Assembly: GCA_034530615.2 (NCBI GenBank)
Contig: JAVRCV020000043.1
Location: 1 to 64,000, forward strand
Reading direction: 5' to 3'
DNA: 64,000 nucleotides
Origin: Aulosira sp. ZfuVER01
GTDB lineage: Bacteria; Cyanobacteriota; Cyanobacteriia; Cyanobacteriales; Nostocaceae
Position 1 is the first letter of the stretch. The number at the start of each line of letters is the position of its first letter. The notes under the pieces are model-generated. The model ran no database searches and was not told the origin of the DNA. It saw nothing but the letters and a program-made list of their open reading frames with translations. A program made the position numbers and the translations under genes. Of the stretch, positions 1-8,820 are shown piece by piece.

Positions 1-381
1 TCTGACAAAAATACTGTCCAGTCTCTTGAGGCTGTACTGCGATCGTAATAGTTCCAGTAATGTCGGAGTTCATGTCAGTCATATTAACCGCGCTGACAGA
101 TATTAAGAGGATATGCTTACGGTTAAATTCTAAGCGATCGCTACTGCATTTATTGAACGTTTACGATCAGATCAAGTTGTAATCAGAAATCTTGTTTGCC
201 TTTGGTCTAAGGTAGAAAATTCTACCACTAGCTAGATTGAGTTTATCTATCCGATGGTACATAATGCTGGCGGAAGCGTCATGCCCATTTCATCGTTGGT
301 GATGGCTCCAGCTAAAAAGACAGTAGTTCTGACTCAACCAATGGCGATCGCCTGGATTCGGGATATGTCAATGAGAACTTA

Positions 382-3300
382 ATGAAAGCTGATATTTCGG
401 AAAATATTTTTATTGGCGACAGTGAAATGGCAGTACTCATGCGATCGCTCGACTGGTCGCAAACGCCATTGGGGCCGATATCAGGATGGGCACAAAGCTT
501 AAAAACCTCTATCAGCATCCTCATGAGTTCTCGCTACCCCATGTTTGTTTGGTGGGGGCGTGAGTATGCCAACCTTTACAACGATGCTTATCGTCCGATG
601 ATGGGTGCTAAACATCCGCAATTTTTAGGACAATCTGCTAAAGAATGCTGGGCAGGCATTTGGGATGTAGTGGGGCCGCTTGCTGATAACGTTCTGTTGA
701 CAGGTCAACCCACCTGGTCTGAGAATTTGCTGTTGATTATGAATCGCAATGGCTATCCAGAGGAAGCCTACTTCACATTCTCCTATAACCCTGTGCGTGA
801 CGAAAGTGGTGGAGTGGGCGGCATCTTGTGTGGTGTTATTGAGACGACAAAACAGGTAATTGGAGAACGTCGGCTGCGAACTTTGCGAGAATTGAGTGCC
901 AGTACTGGAGCAGCCAAGACAGTGCAAGAAGCTTGCCATCTGGCTATGGCTACGCTGTCTGCCAATACTCACGATCTTCCCTTTGCCTTGTTATATCTAG
1001 TAGAACCAGATGGCAGCCAAGCGCGTTTAGTTAGTTCAACAACCAATATAGAATTAGGTGCGATCGCCAGTCCTCAGTTAGTGGATTTAAATGGTGCAAC
1101 CGACCTCTGGAATTTATCACGAGTGAATCACACCAGAGAAGTTGAGTTAATTGAAGACTTAACAGTGCGCTTTGGGGCGTTACCTGGCGGTGCTTGGCTG
1201 GAACCCTCCCATACGGCCTTGGTCATGCCACTTACCAAATCTGGACAAGTACAACGGTTAGCTGGATTATTAGTACTTGGCATTAGTCCGCGACACGCAT
1301 GGGATGATGAGTATCGAGGATTTTTCGATTTAGTTGCCAGCCTTGTGACTACAGCGATCGCCAATGCCGAGGCATACCAAGCAGAACGCAAACGCGCCGA
1401 AGCGTTAGCAGAATTAGACCGAGCCAAAACTCTGTTTTTCAGTAACGTCAGCCATGAGTTTCGCACTCCATTCAAGCAAACCATCGAAACTTTTTTATCG
1501 AGTATCAGTGATGGGTTTTATACGTTAGATCGCGACTGGCGCTTTACCTACGTCAATGATCGCTTATGTGAAATGGCTGGTAAGCAGCGCGAGGAATTGC
1601 TCGGTTACAACAATTGGGAGTTATTTCCTGATGCGGTGGGAACCAAGGTTTACGTTCAATTTCATCGCGCGCTGGCAGAACAAACACCTCTCCAGTTTGA
1701 GTATCTTTATGCACCCTGGAATCGCTGGTTTGAATACCGAGTTTATCCTTCACTGCATGGGCTGACAATTTTTGCGGTGGAAGTGACCGATCGCAAGCAA
1801 GCAGAAATGGTGCTGATGGAGCAAAAGCAACTGCTGGAGTTGATTGCACTGGGGCAACCCTTGGACGAATGCCTTTCAGCCCTCTGTGCCTCATTATCTC
1901 GGTTGAATCCTCGCATCCGTGCTTGTATTTTGCTGACTGATGCTCAGGGGTTAACGTTTCCCCGTTCCATCACCCCCGATTTTTTGCCATCCTTTGGGCA
2001 GGGACTCAAGGATGCGCCGATTAATGAATTGTGCATTGGCACCTGCGGTGAGGCGGTCTATTCCGGTCAGCCTGTTACTTGTGCAGACATTACCAATGAC
2101 GATCTCTGGTCGCGGGAATGGCGGGAGTTATGCATCGCTCATGGCATCCTAGCGTGTCATTCTGTACCCGTGCTGGGTGTGGATAATCAGCCTTTTGGCT
2201 CGCTGATGCTTTGCTTTGATGAAGCGCGGATGCCGACCGAATGGGAGTACCAACTCGCCAATTTTGGCACCCAGGTTGCCAGCATTGCCCTCGAACGCGA
2301 TCGCTCGAACACAGAAATTCAGACGCTGAACCATACCCTGAGCCACCGCGTTGATGAGTTACAAGCTTTGTTTGATGTGCTACCTGTGGGAGTAGCGATC
2401 GCCAAAGATCCAGAGTGCAGAATGGTTCGCTCCAATCCTTACCTTTCCAGAATCCTGCGGGTTGCGGTCGATGCCAACGCTTCCCAAAGCGCTCTTGCTG
2501 ACGAACGTCCTGCTTATCGCATTTTCAAGCAAGGACAGGAAGTACCCGTTGAAGAGTTGCCGATGCAGTATGCCGCTATCCATAACACTGAGGTAAGGGA
2601 CGAAGTGTTAGATATCGTCCATCCCGATGGCAGCATCATCAAACTACTATCCTATGCCGCCCCCTTACACGATGCTCAGGGCAAAGTTAGAGGCGTAATT
2701 GCCGGATTTGCTGACATTAGCGATCGCATCCGCACCGAAGCCGCCCTGCGCAAATCAGAAGAACAGTTCCGCTTATTCGTCACCGCTAGCTCAGACTTGG
2801 TGTATAAAATGAGCGCGGATTGGAGCGAGATGCATCACCTCGAAGGTAAAGATTTCCTTGCTAGCACAGAAAATTCCAGCCGCACATGGCTGGAAACCTA
2901 TATCCCCCAAGAAGATCGGCCGCAGGTGCTGGCTACGATCCAAGAAGCAATCCGTACTAAGAGTATTTTTGAGTTAGAACACCGAGTCATTAAATTGGAT
3001 GGCACGAGCGGCTGGACGTTCTCACGCGCGATTCCACTGCTGAACGAGCAGGGCGAAATTATTGAATGGTTTGGAACTGCCAGTGATGTGAGCGATCGCA
3101 AACAAGCCGAAGCCGAACGAGAGCAATTGTTACAAACCCTGGCAGAAGAACGTGCACGGTTTGAAGCTGTCTTGCGACAAATGCCTGAGGGAGTGATCGT
3201 TGCTGATGCTGCCTCCGGCAAAATGATTCTGGCAAATGAGCAAACGAACCAAATTCTGCGGTACGCTTTCGAGTTAAATATTGAGCTGGAAGAATATGAC

Positions 3301-5886
3301 CAGATAGTTCCTTTCCATGCTTACCATCCTGACGGCAGAATTTACACACCCGATGATTATCCTCTGGCGCGATCGCTTTCGACGGGTGAGATAGTTAACC
3401 ATGAAGAAATGGAAATTCGTTACCAGGACGGCAGTCAAATTTTGATTGAAGCCAGTTCCCTACCCATTTTTGACGAGCAGGGGCAGATTACCTCAGCTGT
3501 TGTCTTAATGCAGGATATTACTGAGCGCAAGCAGATTGAACAAGCTTTGCGTTCCAGTGAAACGCTGTATCGGACTTTGAGTGAAGTAGTCCCCGATTTT
3601 ATTTGGTCTTGTGATGAAAACGGTCAAGCTGATTTTGTCAACCCCCGATGGATAGAATATACCGGACTCACGCTGGAGGAACTGAATGCTGGAGGACTTG
3701 CTCAAGTTAACCATCCAGAGGACTTTCCCCGCTTAATGGAACAGTGGGAGATTGCTAAACAGAAAGGAGAATTGTTTGAAGCAGAGTTCCGATATCGGCG
3801 TAAAGATGGCGCATACCGTTGGTTTATGGGTCGGGCAGTTCCAATTAAAGATGACAATGGCAAAATTACTAGTTGGATTGGCACCTCTACTGACATCCAC
3901 GATCGCAAACAAGCAGAAATTGCGCTGCGGGAAAGCGAAGAACAGTTCCGTAGGCTTGCCAATGCCATGCCTCAGATTGTTTGGACAACTAACGCCAATG
4001 GAGAAGTCGATTATGTTAGCCAGCAGTGGTTTGACTATGCGGGACTGACATTAGAGCAAACCCAAGACCAAACGCAATATTTACAAGTCATCCATCCTGA
4101 TGATGTATCGCAGCTTTATGCGCAATGGTCAGCAGCGATTGAATCTGCTTCCCTGTATCAAACAGAAGTTCGTATTAAACGCGCAGCTGATGGAAAATAT
4201 CGCTGGTTCTTAACTCGTGCTGTACCTGTGAAAACTGAGGCGGGAGAGATTATTGCTTGGTATGGCACCTCGACTGACATCCACGATCGCAAACAAGCTG
4301 AGGTAGAACGAGAACAATTATTGGCAAGAGAGCAGTCAGCTAATGAAACGCTACGCAGGTTTATTGAACATACTCCCGTGGCAGTAGTCATGCTGGATCG
4401 CGAAATGCGCTATCTGTTTGCCAGTCAGCGTTGGATGCGTGAATATGCTTCAGGTTACACCGATCTCAAAGGTTTATCACATTACGAGGTCATGAGTGAT
4501 ACTCCCGAACGCTGGCGACAGATTCACCAACGATGTCTGGCGGGAGCAACTGAGCGCTGTGAAGAAGATTATTATCTACGTTATGATGGTTCAGCTCAGT
4601 GGTTGTATTGGGAAATACTTCCCTGGTATGCCAGTGCTGGTGAGATTGGTGGCATCATCATCTTTGCTGAGAACATTACTGAGCGCAAGCAAGCCGCGCA
4701 AGAGCGCCAGAATTTGTTAGAGCGCGAACAAGCTGCACGGGAACAAGCCGAAACTGCCAATCGCATTAAGGATGAATTTTTAGCGGTGTTGTCCCACGAA
4801 TTGCGATCGCCCATGAACCCGATTCTCGGTTGGGCAAAGCTTCTGCAAACTGGCAAGCTAGATGAAGCCAGAACCAAGCAAGCGATCGCCACGATTGAAC
4901 GCAACGCCAAGCTGCAATCTGAACTGATTGAAGACTTACTCGATGTCTCTCGAATTCTGCGAGGCAAGCTTAGTCTTACTGTCAGTCCCATTAATCTAGC
5001 ATTAACTATTCAAGCGGCGATCGAAACAGTGCGGCTAGCGGCAGAAGCCAAGTCAATTCAGATAGAAACAAGGCTAGATCCAGGATTAAGGATGGTTTTA
5101 GGCGACTCAACCCGCTTGCAGCAAGTAGTATGGAACCTGCTTTCCAATGCTGTGAAATTTACACCCCCTCAGGGAAGAGTCGAGGTGCAATTAGAACAGG
5201 TTGGCAATCAAGCTCAAATCACAGTCAGTGACACAGGAATTGGCATTACGCCGAAGTTTCTTCCCCATGTATTCGAGTATTTCCGTCAGGAAGATGGTGC
5301 AACCACCCGTAAATTTGGGGGATTGGGGCTGGGGTTAGCGATCGTACGACATTTGGTGGAACTACATGGGGGAACGGTAAAAGCGGAAAGTCGTGGTGAA
5401 GACTTAGGAGCCACTTTCACGGTGAGACTGCCCTTGATACTGACTCAGCCCAAAGTTAACATGGATCTGCAATTATCAGAACCATCCCTGGATTTGCAAG
5501 GCATTCAAGTCTTAGTCGTTGATGATGATACAGATACGCGGGACTTGGTTACTTTTGTCTTGCAACAAGTAGGGGCAAGGGTAATTGCCGTTTCTTCTGC
5601 TAGTGAAGCAATTACAGCTTTAACCCAATCTTGCTGCGATGTTTTACTCAGCGATATTGGTATGCCGGAGATGGATGGCTATATGCTCATGCGGCAGATC
5701 AAAGCATTGCCATCTTTACAAGGCGGGCAGATAAAAGCGATCGCTCTCACCGCCTATGCTGGGGATTTTAACCAACAACAAGCTTTGCAAGCAGGATTTC
5801 AAAGACACATAGCCAAACCTATCGAACCAGAACAATTAATAAAGGCCATTGTCCAGGTTCTAGCGCAATCATACACCAACCCATAA
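382..5886 (+). CDS. Multi-PAS/GAF hybrid sensor histidine kinase with C-terminal receiver domain
   Basis: 1834-aa ORF with several PAS/PAC modules (DI(H/T/S)(D/E)RK ends), GAF segments, H-box LSHELRSP, N-box NLLSNAVKFT, G2 box GGLGLGL and receiver VLVVDDD...SDIGMP...AKP. Confidence 0.95.
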   Translation: MKADISENIFIGDSEMAVLMRSLDWSQTPLGPISGWAQSLKTSISILMSSRYPMFVWWGREYANLYNDAYRPMMGAKHPQFLGQSAKECWAGIWDVVGPLADNVLLTGQPTWSENLLLIMNRNGYPEEAYFTFSYNPVRDESGGVGGILCGVIETTKQVIGERRLRTLRELSASTGAAKTVQEACHLAMATLSANTHDLPFALLYLVEPDGSQARLVSSTTNIELGAIASPQLVDLNGATDLWNLSRVNHTREVELIEDLTVRFGALPGGAWLEPSHTALVMPLTKSGQVQRLAGLLVLGISPRHAWDDEYRGFFDLVASLVTTAIANAEAYQAERKRAEALAELDRAKTLFFSNVSHEFRTPFKQTIETFLSSISDGFYTLDRDWRFTYVNDRLCEMAGKQREELLGYNNWELFPDAVGTKVYVQFHRALAEQTPLQFEYLYAPWNRWFEYRVYPSLHGLTIFAVEVTDRKQAEMVLMEQKQLLELIALGQPLDECLSALCASLSRLNPRIRACILLTDAQGLTFPRSITPDFLPSFGQGLKDAPINELCIGTCGEAVYSGQPVTCADITNDDLWSREWRELCIAHGILACHSVPVLGVDNQPFGSLMLCFDEARMPTEWEYQLANFGTQVASIALERDRSNTEIQTLNHTLSHRVDELQALFDVLPVGVAIAKDPECRMVRSNPYLSRILRVAVDANASQSALADERPAYRIFKQGQEVPVEELPMQYAAIHNTEVRDEVLDIVHPDGSIIKLLSYAAPLHDAQGKVRGVIAGFADISDRIRTEAALRKSEEQFRLFVTASSDLVYKMSADWSEMHHLEGKDFLASTENSSRTWLETYIPQEDRPQVLATIQEAIRTKSIFELEHRVIKLDGTSGWTFSRAIPLLNEQGEIIEWFGTASDVSDRKQAEAEREQLLQTLAEERARFEAVLRQMPEGVIVADAASGKMILANEQTNQILRYAFELNIELEEYDQIVPFHAYHPDGRIYTPDDYPLARSLSTGEIVNHEEMEIRYQDGSQILIEASSLPIFDEQGQITSAVVLMQDITERKQIEQALRSSETLYRTLSEVVPDFIWSCDENGQADFVNPRWIEYTGLTLEELNAGGLAQVNHPEDFPRLMEQWEIAKQKGELFEAEFRYRRKDGAYRWFMGRAVPIKDDNGKITSWIGTSTDIHDRKQAEIALRESEEQFRRLANAMPQIVWTTNANGEVDYVSQQWFDYAGLTLEQTQDQTQYLQVIHPDDVSQLYAQWSAAIESASLYQTEVRIKRAADGKYRWFLTRAVPVKTEAGEIIAWYGTSTDIHDRKQAEVEREQLLAREQSANETLRRFIEHTPVAVVMLDREMRYLFASQRWMREYASGYTDLKGLSHYEVMSDTPERWRQIHQRCLAGATERCEEDYYLRYDGSAQWLYWEILPWYASAGEIGGIIIFAENITERKQAAQERQNLLEREQAAREQAETANRIKDEFLAVLSHELRSPMNPILGWAKLLQTGKLDEARTKQAIATIERNAKLQSELIEDLLDVSRILRGKLSLTVSPINLALTIQAAIETVRLAAEAKSIQIETRLDPGLRMVLGDSTRLQQVVWNLLSNAVKFTPPQGRVEVQLEQVGNQAQITVSDTGIGITPKFLPHVFEYFRQEDGATTRKFGGLGLGLAIVRHLVELHGGTVKAESRGEDLGATFTVRLPLILTQPKVNMDLQLSEPSLDLQGIQVLVVDDDTDTRDLVTFVLQQVGARVIAVSSASEAITALTQSCCDVLLSDIGMPEMDGYMLMRQIKALPSLQGGQIKAIALTAYAGDFNQQQALQAGFQRHIAKPIEPEQLIKAIVQVLAQSYTNP

Positions 5887-5989
5887 GAGTAGCAGCAGAG
5901 GCGTTAGGCAAGATTGGCTATTTCCATAGAACCAGTAACGTCAGCTATTTTTTTACAAATTAAATTACTCACCTGTTAATCAATGATGA

Positions 5990-6139
5990 AAAAGTCCGCC
6001 CACAAGGGGTTGGAGTTTTTAGGCATTGGGAATGGGGCATGGGGAAGAAGCTACCAATGCCCTATGCCCTATGCCCCAAGCGGCGGGGCGGCTGTCCCTC
6101 TCCACCCACAAGAGGATGGAGAGGGACAGCCGCTTTCAA
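5990..6139. mobile_element. Possible non-autonomous IS200/IS605-type remnant (two related hairpins around heptamer repeats)
   Basis: Perfect 17-bp inverted repeat at 6088-6104/6117-6133. Its loop motif CCCACAAG.GG.TGGAG also occurs near 5998-6015. GGGCATT/ATGCCC repeats lie between the two, and the element ends in TTCAA. Confidence 0.35.
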
Positions 6140-6156
6140 TGAATTACTAAATATCA

Positions 6157-6573
6157 TCAATTATGAATGGGGCGATCGCCTACAATTTCATGCCAAACAT
6201 ATTGTTTCCAATTCACAGGGATTAAACCTTTCTTAACAAGGCTATTTCTCATACCATCATGCTTTTTATCAAGCCGAAGCGCATGACATACAGGGCAAAG
6301 AGTTCTTAAATTAGATGCATGATTGCTACCACCTGAAGATAAAGGACGAATATGGTCGATGTGAGCAACCCTAAGCTTTACTTCACCCATGCATAAGCCA
6401 TTGCTTTTTGGCGGTGTATTGGATGGACTTTGACAAAGACCGCGATCGCGCTTGTAAATACGCTGCCGTGTTCTCTCCCATTGCTCTGGTGGTTGTCGCC
6501 GCCACCAATACACTGGAAGGTTTGGATGCTGACGACGTTGCTTAATTTGCAGGTAAAGCTTAATTGATAACAT
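6157..6573 (-). CDS. HNH endonuclease
   Basis: Motifs RIYKRDRGLC and HIDHIRPLSSGGSNHASNLRTLCPVCH. Confidence 0.9.
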   Translation of the reverse strand: MLSIKLYLQIKQRRQHPNLPVYWWRRQPPEQWERTRQRIYKRDRGLCQSPSNTPPKSNGLCMGEVKLRVAHIDHIRPLSSGGSNHASNLRTLCPVCHALRLDKKHDGMRNSLVKKGLIPVNWKQYVWHEIVGDRPIHN

Positions 6574-6651
6574 GACGTGACAAAACCTGACTTAAGATAA
6601 CGTGACTCAACACAACTAGACGCTACTGGACTGAACACAACAGAAGGCGAC
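6567..6651 (-). repeat. 17 x 5-nt periodic array (GTY-NN); candidate guide RNA
   Basis: Minus strand reads GTCGC CTTCT GTTGT GTTCA GTCCA GTAGC GTCTA GTTGT GTTGA GTCAC GTTAT CTTAA GTCAG GTTTT GTCAC GTCAT GTTAT. 14/17 units start with GTY, and all 17 have T at position 2. Confidence 0.85.
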
Positions 6652-6656
6652 ATGTA

Positions 6657-6938
6657 TTAAACAATGGCAAAATTAGCCAGTTCAAAACGCCCATAACCAA
6701 TGCTTTGTCTACCATCACCAATACCGACTAAAGTGCCAGCATTGATAATAGCGGTCTCTAAGGACTTTCTATCAACCACGACTGAATCCCAAAGAATAGT
6801 AAATGAACAGTGCCATCCAGGTTTCACAGCAACGCGGTAACGGATATTCCTAGCTTTAGTTGATGGGTTACGCACGCCAATCACTTCAACGTAGCTATCA
6901 GGCAATTTCTCATTTTTGATAGTTCCTGCCTCGATCAC
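6657..6938 (-). CDS. RAMP/Cas7-like (Vipr-like) protein, C-terminal part, probably truncated
   Basis: Ends in glycine-rich loop AGTLVGIGDGRQSIGYGRF, preceded by RYRVAVKPGWHCSFTILW. Only 93 aa, with an in-frame stop at 6990-6992 upstream. Confidence 0.65.
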   Translation of the reverse strand: MIEAGTIKNEKLPDSYVEVIGVRNPSTKARNIRYRVAVKPGWHCSFTILWDSVVVDRKSLETAIINAGTLVGIGDGRQSIGYGRFELANFAIV

Positions 6939-7032
6939 TTGCGATAAAAATGATTGGGTGTCATACCTAGTTGACAGTGGCTGTAGAGGTCAATTACATT
7001 TTGCTCTCGTGCTTGTAAAGGGCGGGGATTAG

Positions 7033-7551
7033 TCATAGCACCTGCGACCCTTCCATTGGTTCTAAATCTTCTTCCCAAGCAATATCAGCCCTTGTCCAAG
7101 CGGCACTAGGGCTATCTTTGCTCAACCAAATCAAGTAGCACCAATTCCAGCGGCAAAGGTGGGGCGCAAAGCTGTAAAATCTGCCGATCACAGTTCCCCA
7201 ATCACTGTCAGCACCTAGCCAGCGCAGTTGATCGCCGTATAAAAAGCGCGGTGTCTTTGCTGTATCAGGAAAATCAATGGATAAGCCAACAGAATCTGGA
7301 GAAAATTTCTGATGGAGTAATGCTGCTAGCGAATACTGCTGGCTTTGAGCTATCGCACTCACATAATTAGCGAGCAGTTCAGAATTCAGGCTTTGGGCTA
7401 GTTGAGAAATCAGCACCGCCGCTAAGGTTTCTTGTTCTGGCTGCTCACAGTAATCGCTGAGTTTTGCCAATAGTTCAGTTATCGCGAAGTCATCTAAGGC
7501 TTGTAGATAACCTCTGTATTCATCTGTTTTATTGCCAACAGGCTTTAACAT
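7033..7551 (-). CDS. Hypothetical protein of the island
   Basis: 172-aa ORF with an RBS-like CAGGAG upstream and a Trp-rich, SH3-like C-terminus. Confidence 0.7.
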   Translation of the reverse strand: MLKPVGNKTDEYRGYLQALDDFAITELLAKLSDYCEQPEQETLAAVLISQLAQSLNSELLANYVSAIAQSQQYSLAALLHQKFSPDSVGLSIDFPDTAKTPRFLYGDQLRWLGADSDWGTVIGRFYSFAPHLCRWNWCYLIWLSKDSPSAAWTRADIAWEEDLEPMEGSQVL

Positions 7552-7723
7552 GGAATATGTCTCCTGTAGATAGGAGCCGAAAGCCAGCGTGTAACTTTCC
7601 TAGGGTCAACGCTGGCTTTTGACGTTATAAGTAATTATACGCAATTTTTGTGTTTTACAATGTGAATTTATGTGTTATAAGGCTTAAGGCATAAAAGTAC
7701 ATAAGAAAGCTTATGATAGTCAC

Positions 7724-7891
7724 ATGGGAAAAGTAACTGTAACTATTTACATGGAAGAACAAGACAAAGAAGCTCTACAACAGCTAGCGGATGCAGAAGA
7801 GCGCTCTTTGTCGCAAATGGCAGTGTTAATTCTGAAACGGGCAATTAAAAAAGCTCGCGAGGAGGGAACTATTCCCCCAACTCAGGGATAA
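7724..7891 (+). CDS. Ribbon-helix-helix (CopG/Arc-like) DNA-binding protein
   Basis: 55-aa ORF below the ORF-track cutoff: MGKVTVTIYMEEQDKEALQQLADAEERSLSQMAVLILKRAIKKAREEGTIPPTQG (alternating beta strand, helix, RSLS, helix). Confidence 0.85.
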   Translation: MGKVTVTIYMEEQDKEALQQLADAEERSLSQMAVLILKRAIKKAREEGTIPPTQG

Positions 7892-8550
7892 GGAAAATGA
7901 AGCTTAGGTAGATCAGGAGCAGTTTGCCGCTAGCGATCCTGTTGCCAGATGCTCCAGTAGCTAGCATACAAATACTATTGCGATCGCTGAGTTGAGTTGA
8001 CAGCAGTAACCTAATGCGGTGGCATCGCAGAACTGGCATAATTAGTCGATTGAGGGCAACTAATTATGAACCGAAGCCAGGTAGGTGAATTACAGGCTTA
8101 AATCGCTTGTTTATTGCTGCTTCTTAAACTAGTCTCTATCTCTTTGTGAGAGTCCTGCGATCGCTCCAGTAACCATAATTTTGCGGATCACTCGGATCAT
8201 TACATACGGATCATCTTCATCAACCAAAGAAATCCTGCCTTCAGATGGGCTGGCTTTTATCACAACGTGCTTAACCCGAACTTAGGTTCATTGACAAGCT
8301 TTACGAAGACTGATGTCAAGCTTGGCTTTAGCAATTATTTTCAATCCAAGAGTTGAGCAAAAAAACCAGCTTGCTTCAGACTAGGTCGATCACTAATGTA
8401 GCCAAGCAGCCACTAGCAATACATAATATGGCAGCGATCGCATGAAAGACATCCTCAGCAAATTTACAACACATCGCTTCCTCGGATTAGATAGTAGCGC
8501 TTAGAAATAACTATTATTAACTTCTAAAACTCATCCTAATTAGCGAATTA

Positions 8551-8820
8551 TTATGGCGCAATCGAGATTTCTATAAACTGTCCAGGAACTTGGCAACTAG
8601 ACTCAGAGTTACCCCTATCTCCATCTATCAAAATGTAAGCCTTATCTCCTACGATCGCTAATCCTTCAGATGAAGCAGAGAGGGATTGAACAATTTCAGG
8701 ACGAACTTTTGCATTTGGTTTTAAGTTCTTAATGGGTAATTTCCAAAGCACAAAGTTATTTTTTTCAGCTTCCGGCCCACCTGCAATACCCCAAATTAAG
8801 TTCCCGTTTTTAGTTATTTC
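8551..8820 (-). pseudogene. C-terminal fragment of a repeat/beta-propeller-like protein
   Basis: Open frame EITKNGNLIWGIAGGPEAEKNNFVLWKLP...SEGLAIVGDKAYILIDGD; short and lacking an obvious N-terminal part. Confidence 0.5.

Noticed and set aside
1..82. Possible minus-strand gene start (MTDMNSDITGTITIAVQPQETGQYFCQ) running off the window
   Set aside because: Too short to support any call.
625..4991. Many antisense/overlapping ORFs within the large kinase (and likewise in mraY, pgi, hemA, cobN)
   Set aside because: These are shadow frames of well-supported genes.
6567..6651. Canonical CRISPR array next to the RAMP-like gene
   Set aside because: There are no 23-47 bp repeats with spacers and no cas1/cas2 or other cas genes; the period is 5 nt.
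6378..6653. 91-aa minus-strand ORF spanning the pentamer array
   Set aside because: It overlaps the HNH gene out of frame, and its S/V/C-rich start is a by-product of the GTY-NN periodicity.
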